Notes: generated from the letters alone by a model not told the origin. A DNA stretch of 64,000 bases from a bacterium (GCA_963674595.2 CAXXFV010000027.1:64001-128000), one strand, 5' to 3'. Counted from the stretch's first letter, positions 1-11,104 are shown. Program-made: numbers and translations.

Positions 1-2
1 CC

Positions 3-245
3 TATTATCAAATTCCATATCGATGTTTGCTGCCGTTAAATATCGATAACTGTATTGTTGCATCCAGATGTATTTCCGCCACTCATGAAGCACATTCTTC
101 TTTACGTGTTCAACCGATTGTTTGGGCATTGGGGCAGGCAGCAGGAATTGCTGCCGCCATTTGTATGCAAAGAAATATAATTCCTAAAAATGTAGATATA
201 AACGAATTACAAAAAACATTAACAGATCAGGGAGCGTTTTTATAA
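3..245 (+). CDS. FAD-dependent oxidoreductase (FAD_oxidored family), C-terminal part; begins before the window
   Basis: Frame open from base 3: YYQIPYRCLLP..NCIVASRCISATHEAHSSLRV..GQAAGIAAA, the typical C-terminus of this family. Confidence 0.85.
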   Translation, partial: YYQIPYRCLLPLNIDNCIVASRCISATHEAHSSLRVQPIVWALGQAAGIAAAICMQRNIIPKNVDINELQKTLTDQGAFL

Positions 246-253
246 ATAAATAT

Positions 254-2347
254 TTACTCATAGACCACAACAGAACAGGCTTCGTTTTGCTTAACACTTT
301 TGATATTGTTTTCTATGGCATTGAATAATATTTCTTTCCGTATCGGTTTTGTTATATAATCATCCATTCCGGCATCCAGACATTTTTCACGGTCACCTGT
401 CATAGCGTGTGCCGTCATGGCAATTATGGGCAGATGTTTATTCTTTTGTTTCATAATCTCCCGGATGATCCGGGTTGCTTCCAATCCGTCCATTTCCGGC
501 ATTTGAACGTCCATGAGAACAAGATCAACATCATTTTTTTGTGAAGCTTTGACAGCTTCCAACCCATTATTTACAGAAAGTACGGAATAACCTCTTTTTG
601 TCAAGAGTGTTTCCGCCAGCTTTTTATTTATAGCATTATCTTCTGCTAATAAAATTTTAATATTTTTTGAATTTGTTTCAAAATTTGATTCCGTTTTTTC
701 CATTAGCCTGGAATTTGACTGAATTTTATGAAATTGATTGGAATTTGTTTTATCTTTACTAATTTTGATAATATGCTTGAATAATTCCGTCCTGCAAAAT
801 GGTTTTTCGATATAATAATTCAAATTATATCGTGAACATTTGTAAATTTCTGATTTCCGTTTCGAAGAAGCAAGCATTAATAAGATAGGATAATTCCAAC
901 CATATTTTTTGCGCAATAAATTTGTTAAATGGAAACCATCAAGACCTGCCATAGTAGAATCAATCAGTGCCAAATTATACTTTTTAAAAGCTTCGGTGTC
1001 GGATTCAAAAAAGTCAATGGCTTCCTGATAATTTTTAAGGATTTTATTTTTAATGCCAAAACTATTCAAATGTTTTTCAATGAGACATGAATGCATTTCA
1101 TGATCATCAATAATGAGAGCAGAAATAAACCCCATATCAAAATATGGGGTTTGTGAAAATACAAATTTTTGCTTTTTCATTCGGCATGGAATTGTAAAAG
1201 AAAAACGTGTGCCGGGACCATCCTGGCTGTTATCAAAAACAGGACTTTTTACATAGATTTTTCCATTCATCATATTTACAAGCTTGTTGCAGATCGTTAA
1301 ACCCAGCCCTGTTCCGCCAAATTTACGGGTTGTAGAGTTGTCACCCTGATTAAATGCCGAAAAAATATTTTCCTGTTTTTCTTTGGGTATACCAATTCCT
1401 GTATCTGTAACAGAATATTTAAGAGTAACACGGTTCCCGTCATGAGATTCTTTTTTCAATCTCAGTATAACATAACCATTCGTCGTAAACTTTATCGCAT
1501 TACTCAATAAATTAAGAATAATTTGTCTGGTCCTGCTCGGGTCTCCGATAATGAGGTCAGGGACATCAGAATCTATATCAACCAACAGTTCAATGCCTTT
1601 TGCGGCCGCTGAGAGCCCGACAATTTTTAAAGCGCCGTTTGTAATACTGCGAATACTGAAATCTATAGTTTCAAGATGTAATTTGCCGGCCTCAATTTTT
1701 GAAAAATCCAAAATATCATTAATTACAGTCAATAATGCATCGGCAGACACGTTTATGGCATCCAGATATTTATATTGATTTTGTGTCAATTGCGTTTCAG
1801 CCATTAAATCTGCCATACCAATAATACCATTAAGAGGCGTGCGTATTTCATGGCTCATATTGGCCAAAAATTCACTTTTAGCCTTATTGGCGTATAATGC
1901 TTCATCTTTGATTTTTTCAATCTCAACACTCGTTTTTTTAATATCCTGTATTTTGCAAGTCAATTCTGTTACATCTTCAACAGTGCATAATGCATTAAAT
2001 TCGCCATTATTATTTCCCGGGATTGACGTTAAAGTAACATTTTGATATCGTTGTTGCCCATTAAATAATAGTGAAGGGAACAAATATTTATGTAAATGAG
2101 AAGAAAAAGTAAGCGGAGGACCGCCGGCCAAAACAGTTTCTATTCGGCTTGTATATTTTAGTTTTCCCAGGTGTGGAAATTTTTCACGAATATCTGTATT
2201 TAAAATTTCCTCTTTATAGATTCCTGTCCAATGTTCCAGACATCTGTTCCAAAAAAGTACTTTAAAATCCTGACCTATTACACACATTCCAATTGGAGAA
2301 TAATCAAGGATAGAGTATTGATTTTCCAGCAAATTTTTATCATCCAT
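254..2347 (-). CDS. PAS-domain hybrid sensor histidine kinase with two receiver domains
   Basis: H-box FLANMSHEIRTPLNG, N-box NLLSNAIKFT, G boxes DTGIG and GGTGLGL, C-terminal REC LVLMDVQMPEMDG. Confidence 0.95.
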   Translation of the reverse strand: MDDKNLLENQYSILDYSPIGMCVIGQDFKVLFWNRCLEHWTGIYKEEILNTDIREKFPHLGKLKYTSRIETVLAGGPPLTFSSHLHKYLFPSLLFNGQQRYQNVTLTSIPGNNNGEFNALCTVEDVTELTCKIQDIKKTSVEIEKIKDEALYANKAKSEFLANMSHEIRTPLNGIIGMADLMAETQLTQNQYKYLDAINVSADALLTVINDILDFSKIEAGKLHLETIDFSIRSITNGALKIVGLSAAAKGIELLVDIDSDVPDLIIGDPSRTRQIILNLLSNAIKFTTNGYVILRLKKESHDGNRVTLKYSVTDTGIGIPKEKQENIFSAFNQGDNSTTRKFGGTGLGLTICNKLVNMMNGKIYVKSPVFDNSQDGPGTRFSFTIPCRMKKQKFVFSQTPYFDMGFISALIIDDHEMHSCLIEKHLNSFGIKNKILKNYQEAIDFFESDTEAFKKYNLALIDSTMAGLDGFHLTNLLRKKYGWNYPILLMLASSKRKSEIYKCSRYNLNYYIEKPFCRTELFKHIIKISKDKTNSNQFHKIQSNSRLMEKTESNFETNSKNIKILLAEDNAINKKLAETLLTKRGYSVLSVNNGLEAVKASQKNDVDLVLMDVQMPEMDGLEATRIIREIMKQKNKHLPIIAMTAHAMTGDREKCLDAGMDDYITKPIRKEILFNAIENNIKSVKQNEACSVVVYE

Positions 2348-2359
2348 TTGATTAAGCTC

Positions 2360-2962
2360 CTAATTCATATCAAAAATATCGACAGCTTCCAATAGCTTAT
2401 CAAATGATCCGACTTCAAGAAAAAGTACGATATCTCCATTAACAGCCAGTTTTTCAATTTTAAATTGGGCCCTGGCCATTATAATTCTCACATTTGAAAA
2501 ATTTTTGCTCGAAGGCAATATTTCTCTTATAAAACCATCTATATAATTTGGAACAGTATAATTTAAATTAAATTTAAGCAGATTGCTTAGAGATCCCATA
2601 ACAGCATTTAAAACCACATTGCCAATTTCACAAAGAGCTCCTGCACGAATAGAATCCATATCTTCGCTATCTGATTCTTCACCCGCAAAAATATCAATAA
2701 GTTTAACAGCGCTTTCCGAGGGGAAAATAAGCTGTGCATTCCCTGTTAAATTTCCCTTAAAAGGAAGATTAACTGTGGATAATTTTTTTCCATCGTGAAT
2801 GCCGATTTCTTCTTCCAATTGTAGAGGTGTTAATATTTTAATAAAAGGTACGGTCAATATAATAGGAGAGTCAATCATTGTGTTAAGAACACTTGCCCCT
2901 TTTCCGATTCCAATGTTTATTAATTCTGTAATAATATCCAGCTGTTTCAGAGTAGGTATCAT
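2360..2962 (-). CDS. cheC: CheC-family phosphatase
   Basis: Two E-x-x-N motifs (ELINIG, EIGNVV) with the CheC pattern. Confidence 0.85.
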   Translation of the reverse strand: MIPTLKQLDIITELINIGIGKGASVLNTMIDSPIILTVPFIKILTPLQLEEEIGIHDGKKLSTVNLPFKGNLTGNAQLIFPSESAVKLIDIFAGEESDSEDMDSIRAGALCEIGNVVLNAVMGSLSNLLKFNLNYTVPNYIDGFIREILPSSKNFSNVRIIMARAQFKIEKLAVNGDIVLFLEVGSFDKLLEAVDIFDMN

Positions 2963-2975
2963 AGGTCACAATCCA

Positions 2976-3341
2976 TTATTTTGAATTAAAAACACCATTA
3001 ATTATGTCCAGCAAACTGCTTAGAGGTTTTAAAGGCTTGTTTAGAAATATCCTGGCCCCTAAATTAAGGCATTTCTCTTTTGTCGATTCTTGAATATCAG
3101 CCGATAAAACAATAACAGGTGTTTTTAAATCCTTTTCTTGAATTGTTTCCAATACTTGAAAACCATCCATTTCAGGCATTAGTAAATCCAGGACAATCAA
3201 GTCAATTTGATTTTTATTTATCGTTTCTAATACTTGATAACCATTTGCAGCTTCCAGGATGTTATAGTTGTTCTTTCGTAATAGGTCGCTCACCGCAAGT
3301 CGAGTCGTACGTGAGTCATCTGCCACAAGTATGGATTTCAT
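2976..3341 (-). CDS. Single-domain response regulator (CheY-like)
   Basis: MKSILVADD..LDLLMPEMDG..KP; ATG at 3341 preceded by an AGGAG RBS. Confidence 0.9.
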   Translation of the reverse strand: MKSILVADDSRTTRLAVSDLLRKNNYNILEAANGYQVLETINKNQIDLIVLDLLMPEMDGFQVLETIQEKDLKTPVIVLSADIQESTKEKCLNLGARIFLNKPLKPLSSLLDIINGVFNSK

Positions 3342-3571
3342 TCTGTCTCCTATTTTTATGCGTTTGAGAATATGCTTGGTAGTAGCAAAAATTTTGCCAG
3401 CGAAAATACTGTTAAACAAGCTGAAAAAATTCAAATTTTTTGTTTTTTGTGGCGTATTTTACACTATTTGTACCCATTATGTATCACAGGACGGACTTGA
3501 ATTTTACAGTTTACATTTGTATTAATTTTAATTATTTTTAATCCTATAATAAACGTGAAAGGTTTCATTCC

Positions 3572-4618
3572 ATGAGAATCATTGCTTATTTAATGCCGTT
3601 CGTTATTCTTTGCAGTTGTGTAAAAGGAGAAAAAATGAAAAATCCCTCAAATATAACCCCCAAAACGATGAATGAAATATATAATGAAATCAAAACACCA
3701 TATAAATATGGTGTCGTATTAAAAGCTAAAGAACAAAAAATGCTTGATTGTCCATCGGTATTTCGTTATAACGATAAATGGTATATGACATATATTATTT
3801 TTGACAGCAAAGGATATGAAACAGCTCTTGCGGTAAGTGATGATTTATTGAATTGGGAGCCGCTCGGAAAAATTTTATCTTACACAGAGGGAACCTGGGA
3901 TGCCTGGCAGGCAGCCGGGTATGTGGCTTTACAGGATTATCAGTGGGGAGGTTCATATACCCTGCAAAAGTATGATGAAAAATACTGGCTTTCCTATATC
4001 GGAGGTGCTTTACAGGGTTACGAAACAGACCCTCTGGCAATCGGGCTGGCATGGACAGAAGCACCAAATCATGCAAACGAATGGAACCGCATTCCAGAAA
4101 ATCCTATATTATCAGTTGATCAACCGGGTGTACGGGATTTTGAAAAAAAGACCCTTTATAAAAGCCATATTTTTCATGATCCTCAAAAACTGTTGGGGTC
4201 CGAATTTGTCATGTTTTACAATGGCAAGCAGGAAGGCGACTGGATTGAAAGAATTGGAATGGCTGTTTCCGATGATATGGTCCATTGGAAAAGGTATTTG
4301 GACCATGCCGTTATTGATAATCAGACTGGAATTTCCGGGGATCCACAAATAACAAAAATTAATGATGTTTGGGTCATGTTTTATTTTGGTCATAAATGGA
4401 AACCAAAAGCATTTGATACTTTTGCATGTTCCAGCGATCTTGTAAACTGGACAAAATGGGAAGGCCCTCATCTAGTAGAGCCATCAGAACCCTGGGATGA
4501 AAAATACGCACATAAACCCTGGGTTATTAAACATGATGGTGTTGTATACCATTATTATTGTGCTGTTGGTGATCAGGGTCGTGTTATTGCCCTGGCCACA
4601 TCTAAAGATTTGAAATAA
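3572..4618 (+). CDS. Five-bladed beta-propeller glycosidase (GH32/43/130-like), probably a lipoprotein
   Basis: Repeated S-D-D-L-x-x-W blade motifs, DCPSVF, GDPQI; N-terminal hydrophobic segment ending LCSC. Confidence 0.75.
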   Translation: MRIIAYLMPFVILCSCVKGEKMKNPSNITPKTMNEIYNEIKTPYKYGVVLKAKEQKMLDCPSVFRYNDKWYMTYIIFDSKGYETALAVSDDLLNWEPLGKILSYTEGTWDAWQAAGYVALQDYQWGGSYTLQKYDEKYWLSYIGGALQGYETDPLAIGLAWTEAPNHANEWNRIPENPILSVDQPGVRDFEKKTLYKSHIFHDPQKLLGSEFVMFYNGKQEGDWIERIGMAVSDDMVHWKRYLDHAVIDNQTGISGDPQITKINDVWVMFYFGHKWKPKAFDTFACSSDLVNWTKWEGPHLVEPSEPWDEKYAHKPWVIKHDGVVYHYYCAVGDQGRVIALATSKDLK

Positions 4619-4666
4619 AAATTTATCCTTAATATCTTTGCAACCATTGAATCGGAGGATTCCCCA

Positions 4667-5857
4667 ATGTATGGAAAAATGAAAGAATATCTGCAAAATC
4701 AAATTGATGAAATTAAAAATCAGGGACTTTATAAAAACGAACGTATCATCATGGGGCCGCAAGGTGCGGAAATACGTGTTAAAAATGGTGACCAGGTGCT
4801 AAATTTTTGTGCGAATAACTATCTTGGTTTATCGGGGCATCCCGAAGTTATAAAAGCCGCCCACAAAACTCTTGATGAATGGGGTTTTGGAATGTCATCC
4901 GTACGTTTTATTTGTGGTACCCAGGATATTCATAAAACTCTGGAAGCCAAAGTCTCTCAATTTCTCGGAACAGAAGATACCATTCTATATGCGGCCTGTT
5001 TTGATGCAAACGGCGGTGTGTTTGAGCCGTTTTTAGATAATGATTGCGCTATTTTAACGGATTCATTAAATCATGCCTCTATAATCGATGGAATCAGGCT
5101 GACAAAAGCGCAGCGATTTATTTATCAGCACAATGATATGCAGGACCTGGAAGCCAAATTAAAAGAATCAGCTCACTGTAAATTTCGTATTATTGCCACA
5201 GATGGTGTCTTTTCCATGGATGGGGAAATAGCACAATTGGCGAAAATTTGTGATTTGGCTGAACAATACGACGCGATTGTCCTTGTTGACGACAGCCATG
5301 CAACCGGTTTCATCGGAAAACAGGGTAAAGGCACCCATGAATATTGTGACGTGATGGGTCGAATTGATTTAATAACAACAACTTTTGGAAAAGCGCTTGG
5401 TGGTGCGTCCGGTGGTTGTGTTTCCGGTAAAAAGGAAATGATTGAATTTTTACGTCAAAAAAGCCGTCCCTATTTGTTTTCCAACACATTGGCGCCGGTT
5501 GTGGTTGGTGTAACCATTGCTGTTCTCGACATGCTGTCTGAAACAAGCGCTCTTCGTGATAAGCTGGAGGATAATACAAAATATTTTCGTTCTGAAATTC
5601 AAAAAATGGGATTTGATGTAAAAAAAGGTGTTCATCCGATAGTTCCGATCATGTTATATGATGAAAAGTTGGCGCATTTGATGGCAGATAAACTCCTGGA
5701 AAAGGGAATATACGTTATTGGTTTTAGTTTTCCTGTTGTGCCGAGAGGTCAGGCGCGTATTCGTGTTCAAATTTCCGCAGGTCATGACAAAAGCCATATT
5801 GATAAAGCATTAAAAGCGTTTAATGAGGTAGGAAAAGAGCTGAAAATTATTTCATAA
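4667..5857 (+). CDS. kbl: Glycine C-acetyltransferase (2-amino-3-ketobutyrate CoA ligase)
   Basis: [31 protein letters not shown] lysine in [15 protein letters not shown]. Confidence 0.95.
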   Translation: MYGKMKEYLQNQIDEIKNQGLYKNERIIMGPQGAEIRVKNGDQVLNFCANNYLGLSGHPEVIKAAHKTLDEWGFGMSSVRFICGTQDIHKTLEAKVSQFLGTEDTILYAACFDANGGVFEPFLDNDCAILTDSLNHASIIDGIRLTKAQRFIYQHNDMQDLEAKLKESAHCKFRIIATDGVFSMDGEIAQLAKICDLAEQYDAIVLVDDSHATGFIGKQGKGTHEYCDVMGRIDLITTTFGKALGGASGGCVSGKKEMIEFLRQKSRPYLFSNTLAPVVVGVTIAVLDMLSETSALRDKLEDNTKYFRSEIQKMGFDVKKGVHPIVPIMLYDEKLAHLMADKLLEKGIYVIGFSFPVVPRGQARIRVQISAGHDKSHIDKALKAFNEVGKELKIIS

Positions 5858-5979
5858 TTTAGATTAATTCAATTTTGTAATACAAATTATTCAATCATAT
5901 AGAAAATTCAATTATAAGGCATAAAGACAAGTTGATTGATTTTTAATAAGTTAAGTTCATTTCATCGATAAAAATAATA

Positions 5980-5996
5980 CTGGCATGGCAGTTGCG
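5980..5996 (+). promoter_or_regulatory. Candidate sigma54 (-24/-12) promoter
   Basis: CTGGCATGGCAGTTGCG has exact GG-N10-GC spacing and ends 43 nt before the CDS at 6040. Confidence 0.65.
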
Positions 5997-6039
5997 TTAG
6001 TACTTGTAAAGTTGATTACTAACCAAATACGAGAGTTTT

Positions 6040-6486
6040 ATGAAAAAGTACTTGACGACCTGCTGCCTTTTGCTGGTATTATGCTCTTTTGCACATAGCG
6101 AACCGGATATATTAATACGTGTGGAAAAGAGCCAGATGTATGGCGAAATTACCGCCATAGCTGATGATTATCTGGAATTTAAAAAACAGGTATCTCCCGG
6201 CGAATATGAATGGATTAAAGTGCCAAAACAAGAGCTGTTGGCTGTAATTTCCAACAAGGGTAATATTTTATATCCACGTGATAAATATGACGAAAATGCT
6301 CTTAATTATGGACGAATAAAGGTTAAAAGCAGTCAGGATAAAAAGAAATACCTGGAAAGAAAAAAGAACAATAAACAAATACAAAGTAAACTGGAACATG
6401 GTGAAAAAAACAGATATAAAACGGCATTTATAGCTGCCGGAACGAGTTGTTTGGTTATTTGGGCAGTTATAAATAAAAATAGATAG
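6040..6486 (+). CDS. Hypothetical exported protein with a C-terminal hydrophobic segment
   Basis: Signal peptide MKKYL..AHS; C-terminal TM-like segment followed by KNR. Confidence 0.7.
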   Translation: MKKYLTTCCLLLVLCSFAHSEPDILIRVEKSQMYGEITAIADDYLEFKKQVSPGEYEWIKVPKQELLAVISNKGNILYPRDKYDENALNYGRIKVKSSQDKKKYLERKKNNKQIQSKLEHGEKNRYKTAFIAAGTSCLVIWAVINKNR

Positions 6487-6494
6487 GGGGAAAA

Positions 6495-6842
6495 ATGATA
6501 GAATATATTTCTTCAAAACAGTTATCATTATGGAACTATACCATGCTTTCAAAAGACTTGCAAGATGATGAGGACGATTACATCCCGGGATATTATATTG
6601 TAACGGATGTGCTGGATTTACACGGTGTCAATCCGAAATTAGTTAAAGAAATGATTGAAGAGTTTATTGAAAATGCATTAATATTAGAACTTGAAGAGTT
6701 GAGAATTATCCACGGTAAGGGCAAAAGCAAATTAAAGTATCTGACCTATAAAGCTTTGGAAAATAACAAATATGTTGAATCGTTTTTTGATGCCCCTCCT
6801 GAACGCGGTGGTTGGGGAGCGACAATTGTATTATTAAAATAG
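6495..6842 (+). CDS. Smr/MutS2 C-terminal domain protein
   Basis: LDLHG, RIIHGKG, GGWGATIV. Confidence 0.9.
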   Translation: MIEYISSKQLSLWNYTMLSKDLQDDEDDYIPGYYIVTDVLDLHGVNPKLVKEMIEEFIENALILELEELRIIHGKGKSKLKYLTYKALENNKYVESFFDAPPERGGWGATIVLLK

Positions 6843-6883
6843 TATTAAACGTTGTATATGGGGATATACCTTCCAGAAAAGTC

Positions 6884-6912
6884 TTGACTTTACTTCTTTA
6901 AATATTTAAAAT
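6884..6912 (+). promoter_or_regulatory. Sigma70-type promoter of ispG
   Basis: TTGACT-N17-TAAAAT. Confidence 0.6.
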
Positions 6913-6963
6913 TATACCCAATTAAAATATTTATATCATTCTAAAATATGGTACGTTATATAT

Positions 6964-8022
6964 ATGTCGTCAAAATTTAAAGTTTTTGTAGGAAGCGTAC
7001 AGATCGGAGGAAATGCTCCTGTATCTGTTCAATCAATGACAAATACAAAAACATGGGATATTCCCAAAACACTTGAGCAGATTCGAAACCTTGAAAATGT
7101 CGGTTGTGACATTATAAGATTAGCGGTTCCGGATGAAAAATCAGCCAAAGCCTTTGGAGAAATTAAAAAACAGGTTAAAACACCTCTGGTTGCTGATATC
7201 CATTTTGACTATAAATTAGCATTAATGGCAATGGACCAGGGTGCGGATAAAATCCGAATCAATCCGGGAAACATCGGCAGTAAGGAAAAAGTTAAAGAGG
7301 TAGTTAAAAAATCCGTTCATTATAATATACCGATTCGAATCGGCGTCAACTCCGGTTCCATTGAAAAAAAAATAGCACAAGAGGAGGGAGGAGCAACTGT
7401 AAGTGCCCTTGTTAAAAGCGCCTTAAATAACATTCAGTTATGTCGTGATTTAGGTGCTGAGCAGCTTGTTCTTTCTCTCAAATCTTCGGATGTTTTAAAA
7501 ACAATACAGGCTTATACTCTGGTATCCTCACAAACTGATGTGCCGCTTCATTTGGGCGTTACCGAAGCCGGAACCGTTAAATCCGGGACCATTCGATCTG
7601 CTGTTGCCCTGGGCACGCTTTTGTATAATGGAATTGGCGATACAATAAGGGTATCACTTACCGGTGATCCGGTTGATGAAGTTATTGTCGGTAAGGAGAT
7701 TTTAAAAAGTTTGGAATTGAGAACAGGGGGGATTCGAATCATCTCCTGTCCCACTTGTGGTCGCACCGAAGTTGATCTTGTAAGTATTGTAGAAGAAGTT
7801 GAAAAGAGATTATCCTTATTTCCCTTAAATATAACGGTGGCTATTATGGGTTGTGTTGTTAATGGTCCCGGTGAAGCAAAAGAAGCGGATATTGGTGTTG
7901 CCTGTGGTAAAAATAGCGGCGTCCTTTTTAAAAAAGGTCAGGTTATTAAAAAGATCAAAGAGCCTGAAATTGCCGATGTGCTTGTTAATGAAATTAAAAA
8001 CTGGTCCGGGGCAACCCTTTAA
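6964..8022 (+). CDS. ispG: (E)-4-hydroxy-3-methylbut-2-enyl-diphosphate synthase
   Basis: VQSMTNT, ADIHF, RINPGN, HLGVTEAG, SCPTCGR, MGCVVNGPGE. Confidence 0.97.
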   Translation: MSSKFKVFVGSVQIGGNAPVSVQSMTNTKTWDIPKTLEQIRNLENVGCDIIRLAVPDEKSAKAFGEIKKQVKTPLVADIHFDYKLALMAMDQGADKIRINPGNIGSKEKVKEVVKKSVHYNIPIRIGVNSGSIEKKIAQEEGGATVSALVKSALNNIQLCRDLGAEQLVLSLKSSDVLKTIQAYTLVSSQTDVPLHLGVTEAGTVKSGTIRSAVALGTLLYNGIGDTIRVSLTGDPVDEVIVGKEILKSLELRTGGIRIISCPTCGRTEVDLVSIVEEVEKRLSLFPLNITVAIMGCVVNGPGEAKEADIGVACGKNSGVLFKKGQVIKKIKEPEIADVLVNEIKNWSGATL

Positions 8023-8046
8023 TAGTATTCACGAAAAGGAGCAAAT

Positions 8047-9738
8047 ATGAAAATCATCGAATGTGTTCCAAATTTTAGTGAAGGACGAAATAAAGCTGTT
8101 ATAGATAAAATTGCCGATGCCATCAGTCAAACACCAGGTGTTAAGTTACTCAATGTGGATCCTGGATATGATACAAACCGAACCGTAATGACATTTGTAG
8201 GTGAGCCGGATGCTGTTTTGGAGGGTGCGTTTCAGGGTATAAAAACAGCCGCAGAATTAATTGATATGAAAAACCATAAAGGTGAACATGCACGACTGGG
8301 TGCAACGGATGTTTGTCCCTTTATTCCTATAAGTAATACTTTAATTAAAGACTGTATCCGGTTGTCTCAAAAACTCGGAAAAAGAGTTGCCGAGGAACTA
8401 AAAATACCTGTTTATTTATATGAAGCGTCTGCATCCCGGTCTGAGAGAATAAACCTTTCTGATATTCGTTCCGGCGAATATGAAGGTTTGTCTGAGAAAA
8501 TAAAACAACCGGAATGGCTGCCGGATTTTGGTGAGCCTGTTTTCAATGCAAAATCAGGAGCAACAGTTATCGGCGCACGAAAATTTTTAATTGCCTATAA
8601 TATAAATTTGAATACATCTGATCGAAAACTGGCCCATGAAATAGCCTTAAATATTCGTGAAGCCGGACGCGCTAAAAGAGATGGCTCCGGTGCAATTATT
8701 CGTGATGAGAACGGTGTTGCCGTCAAAGAACCGGGTTTATTGAAAAACTGCAAAGCTGTCGGCTGGTATATCGATGAATATAAAAAAGCCCAGGTTTCAA
8801 TGAACTTGACGGATTTTGATGTCACGTCGGTTCATACAGCTTTTGATACAGTTGTTCAGCAAGCTGAAAAATTAGGCCTTCGGGTTACCGGAAGCGAACT
8901 TGTCGGTTTAATGCCGCTTCGCGCCATACTTGAATGCGGAGCTCATTATTATAAAAAGCAGGGAAAATCAGCCGGCCAACCGGAAGCAAAATTAATTGAA
9001 ATGGCCATTCAATCTTTGGGATTGAATGATATTTCCAAATTTAATCCTGAAGAAAAGATAATAGAATACCTTATACAATCACCGGATTATGATATTTTAA
9101 ACTCGATGCCGGTAAAAGATTTTCTCGATGAATTATCAATTGATTCACCGGCCCCCGGCGGCGGTAGTGTTGCTGCATTAACAGGAGCACTGGCAGCCTC
9201 CCTGGGCAGCATGGTTTCAAATTTATCAGTAGGCAATAAAAAATGTGCTGAACATAAGGATGTACTTGACAGCTATGCCGTCGATTTACAGCGAATAAAA
9301 AAACAACTGGCTGAGGCCATTGATAAAGACACGCAAGCCTTTAACATGATCATGGCTGCAATGAGACTGCCGAAAGAAACAGAACAACAAAAAGAATTAC
9401 GAAACAAGGCTGTGCAGGAAGCGACAATTAAAGCCATTAATGTTCCGTTAAGCGTTGCCGAAACAAGCCTCGATTGTTTAAAAATTTTACAAAAATTACC
9501 TGAAAGTGGCTTATCTGCAGCCATGAGCGATATAGCCGTTGCTGTACATTGTGCTATGACAGCTATTCATGGAGCTATTTATAATATAATAATAAATTTA
9601 CCCGGACTGGAGGACAAGGCCCGCATTCAGGAATATTTGGAAAAAGCCAAATCTATAAGAAACAATGCTGAAAAAATTAAAACAAAAACTTGCACAAACA
9701 TTGATGCTTTTCTTGAAAATAACTTAAATAATTCTTAA
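8047..9738 (+). CDS. ftcd: Bifunctional glutamate formimidoyltransferase/cyclodeaminase
   Basis: IECVPNFSEG, NRTV, HARLGATDVCPF; cyclodeaminase part APGGGSVAA. Confidence 0.93.
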   Translation: MKIIECVPNFSEGRNKAVIDKIADAISQTPGVKLLNVDPGYDTNRTVMTFVGEPDAVLEGAFQGIKTAAELIDMKNHKGEHARLGATDVCPFIPISNTLIKDCIRLSQKLGKRVAEELKIPVYLYEASASRSERINLSDIRSGEYEGLSEKIKQPEWLPDFGEPVFNAKSGATVIGARKFLIAYNINLNTSDRKLAHEIALNIREAGRAKRDGSGAIIRDENGVAVKEPGLLKNCKAVGWYIDEYKKAQVSMNLTDFDVTSVHTAFDTVVQQAEKLGLRVTGSELVGLMPLRAILECGAHYYKKQGKSAGQPEAKLIEMAIQSLGLNDISKFNPEEKIIEYLIQSPDYDILNSMPVKDFLDELSIDSPAPGGGSVAALTGALAASLGSMVSNLSVGNKKCAEHKDVLDSYAVDLQRIKKQLAEAIDKDTQAFNMIMAAMRLPKETEQQKELRNKAVQEATIKAINVPLSVAETSLDCLKILQKLPESGLSAAMSDIAVAVHCAMTAIHGAIYNIIINLPGLEDKARIQEYLEKAKSIRNNAEKIKTKTCTNIDAFLENNLNNS

Positions 9739-9808
9739 ATTGTGTGTCAAAAATAAAATTCCAGGTGATAAACAATATAAATATTTCCCTGTTAGGAGGT
9801 CCTGTTTC

Positions 9809-10349
9809 ATGAAATCTGTAATAATCAAACTTTTTGTGGTTTTGTTTAGTTTAAGCTTATTTGTATCCAATGTTATGGCACAAAGAGTGGCAAAAAAAGC
9901 ATATATAAATGTTGCCGAAGAAAATATCAGGGATGTTCCCAAAGGCAAAAAACTCGGCAGTATCCTGGAAGGAACCCAACTTTATGTATTAGAAGAAAAA
10001 GATAATTGGGTCAAGGTTTCATTTACAGGCTGGATTTGGAAAGAATCTCTGGCTGAATTTAAAATCGGCACAACCAAAGGTGAATTCCATGCCTTGCATA
10101 TTCTCGTAAAAACCAGGGCAGAAGCGGAAGATATTTTAAAAAAATTAAATGCCGGTGCAAAGTTTGAGGACCTTGCTAAAGCCAAAATCCATTTCACCGA
10201 GTGCTGCAAAAGGCGGTGATTTGGGATTTTTTGACAGTGGCGATTTTGGTAGTGAAATAGAAAATGCTATCTCTGCTTTAAAAGTTGGTCAAATCAGCGG
10301 CGTTATACAAACATCACATGGATACAATATTTTTAAAAGACTAAAATAA
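9809..10349 (+). CDS. Exported SH3-like + parvulin peptidyl-prolyl isomerase (frameshift near 10185)
   Basis: HILVKT..FEDLAKAK joins SISPSAAKGGDLGFF after removing one A from GCCAAAATCC; AGGAGG RBS. Confidence 0.85.
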
Positions 10350-10357
10350 AAATGTTC

Positions 10358-10386
10358 TTGCAATTTATAAGAATTTTTAATATAAT
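10358..10386 (+). promoter_or_regulatory. Sigma70-type promoter
   Basis: TTGCAA-N17-TATAAT. Confidence 0.6.
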
Positions 10387-10400
10387 TGGTACTTTGGCGA

Positions 10401-11082
10401 ATGAATAATATCTTGATCGCCATCCCTGTTTATAATGAAGATGAATATATTCATCATGTTCTTTCACAAATTCTTGATCAAAATTTGCCGGTTGATGTAC
10501 TTTGTTGTAGATGACGGATCAACTGATAATACTTGTCAGGTTGTAAAAAAAATTTCCAATGTTCGCATTTTAACACATTCTCAAAATGCGGGCAAAGGAA
10601 AAGCGTTATTATCAGCTATTAATTATGCGCAAAAACAAAAATTCAGATGGATTATAACAATGGATGGTGATGGTCAGCATTCACCAAAGCATTTAAAAGA
10701 TTTTATACATCTGATAGAAAAAGGCGGTGCAAATCTGATTTTGGGAAACCGAATCAGCCGAAATAGCAGCATGCCGTTTCACCGACAACTAAGCAATGGA
10801 ATTACATCCATAATTATTTCATTATTTAACGGCAGTAAAAGAATTCGTGACAGTCAGTGTGGTTATCGCGCTATTGATCTGAATTATATAAAACCATCTT
10901 TATATATTGAACCAGGATTTCAGTTTGAGTCGGAAATCCTGCTGAATTTAAGTAAAACTGATTGTAAAATAATAGAGTTGGATATTGAGACAAAATACGG
11001 TAAAGAATCCAGTTCTATTCATCTTTTTAAAGATACATTGAAATTTATACGGCTTATATTTCGTCATTTATTGCGGTTATAA
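10401..11082 (+). CDS. Glycosyltransferase family 2 (DPM1-like; frameshift near 10502)
   Basis: MNNILIAIPVYNE from ATG 10401 joins VVDDGSTD after removing one T; GKGKA, MDGDGQH, DSQCGYRA. Confidence 0.88.
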
Positions 11083-11104
11083 GTTCATCAGAAGCGGAGC
11101 AGTA

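Noticed and set aside
4667-5857. Serine palmitoyltransferase as a partner for the ceramide-synthase-like GNAT
   Set aside because: The motifs [16 protein letters not shown] and ARIRVQ are Kbl signatures.
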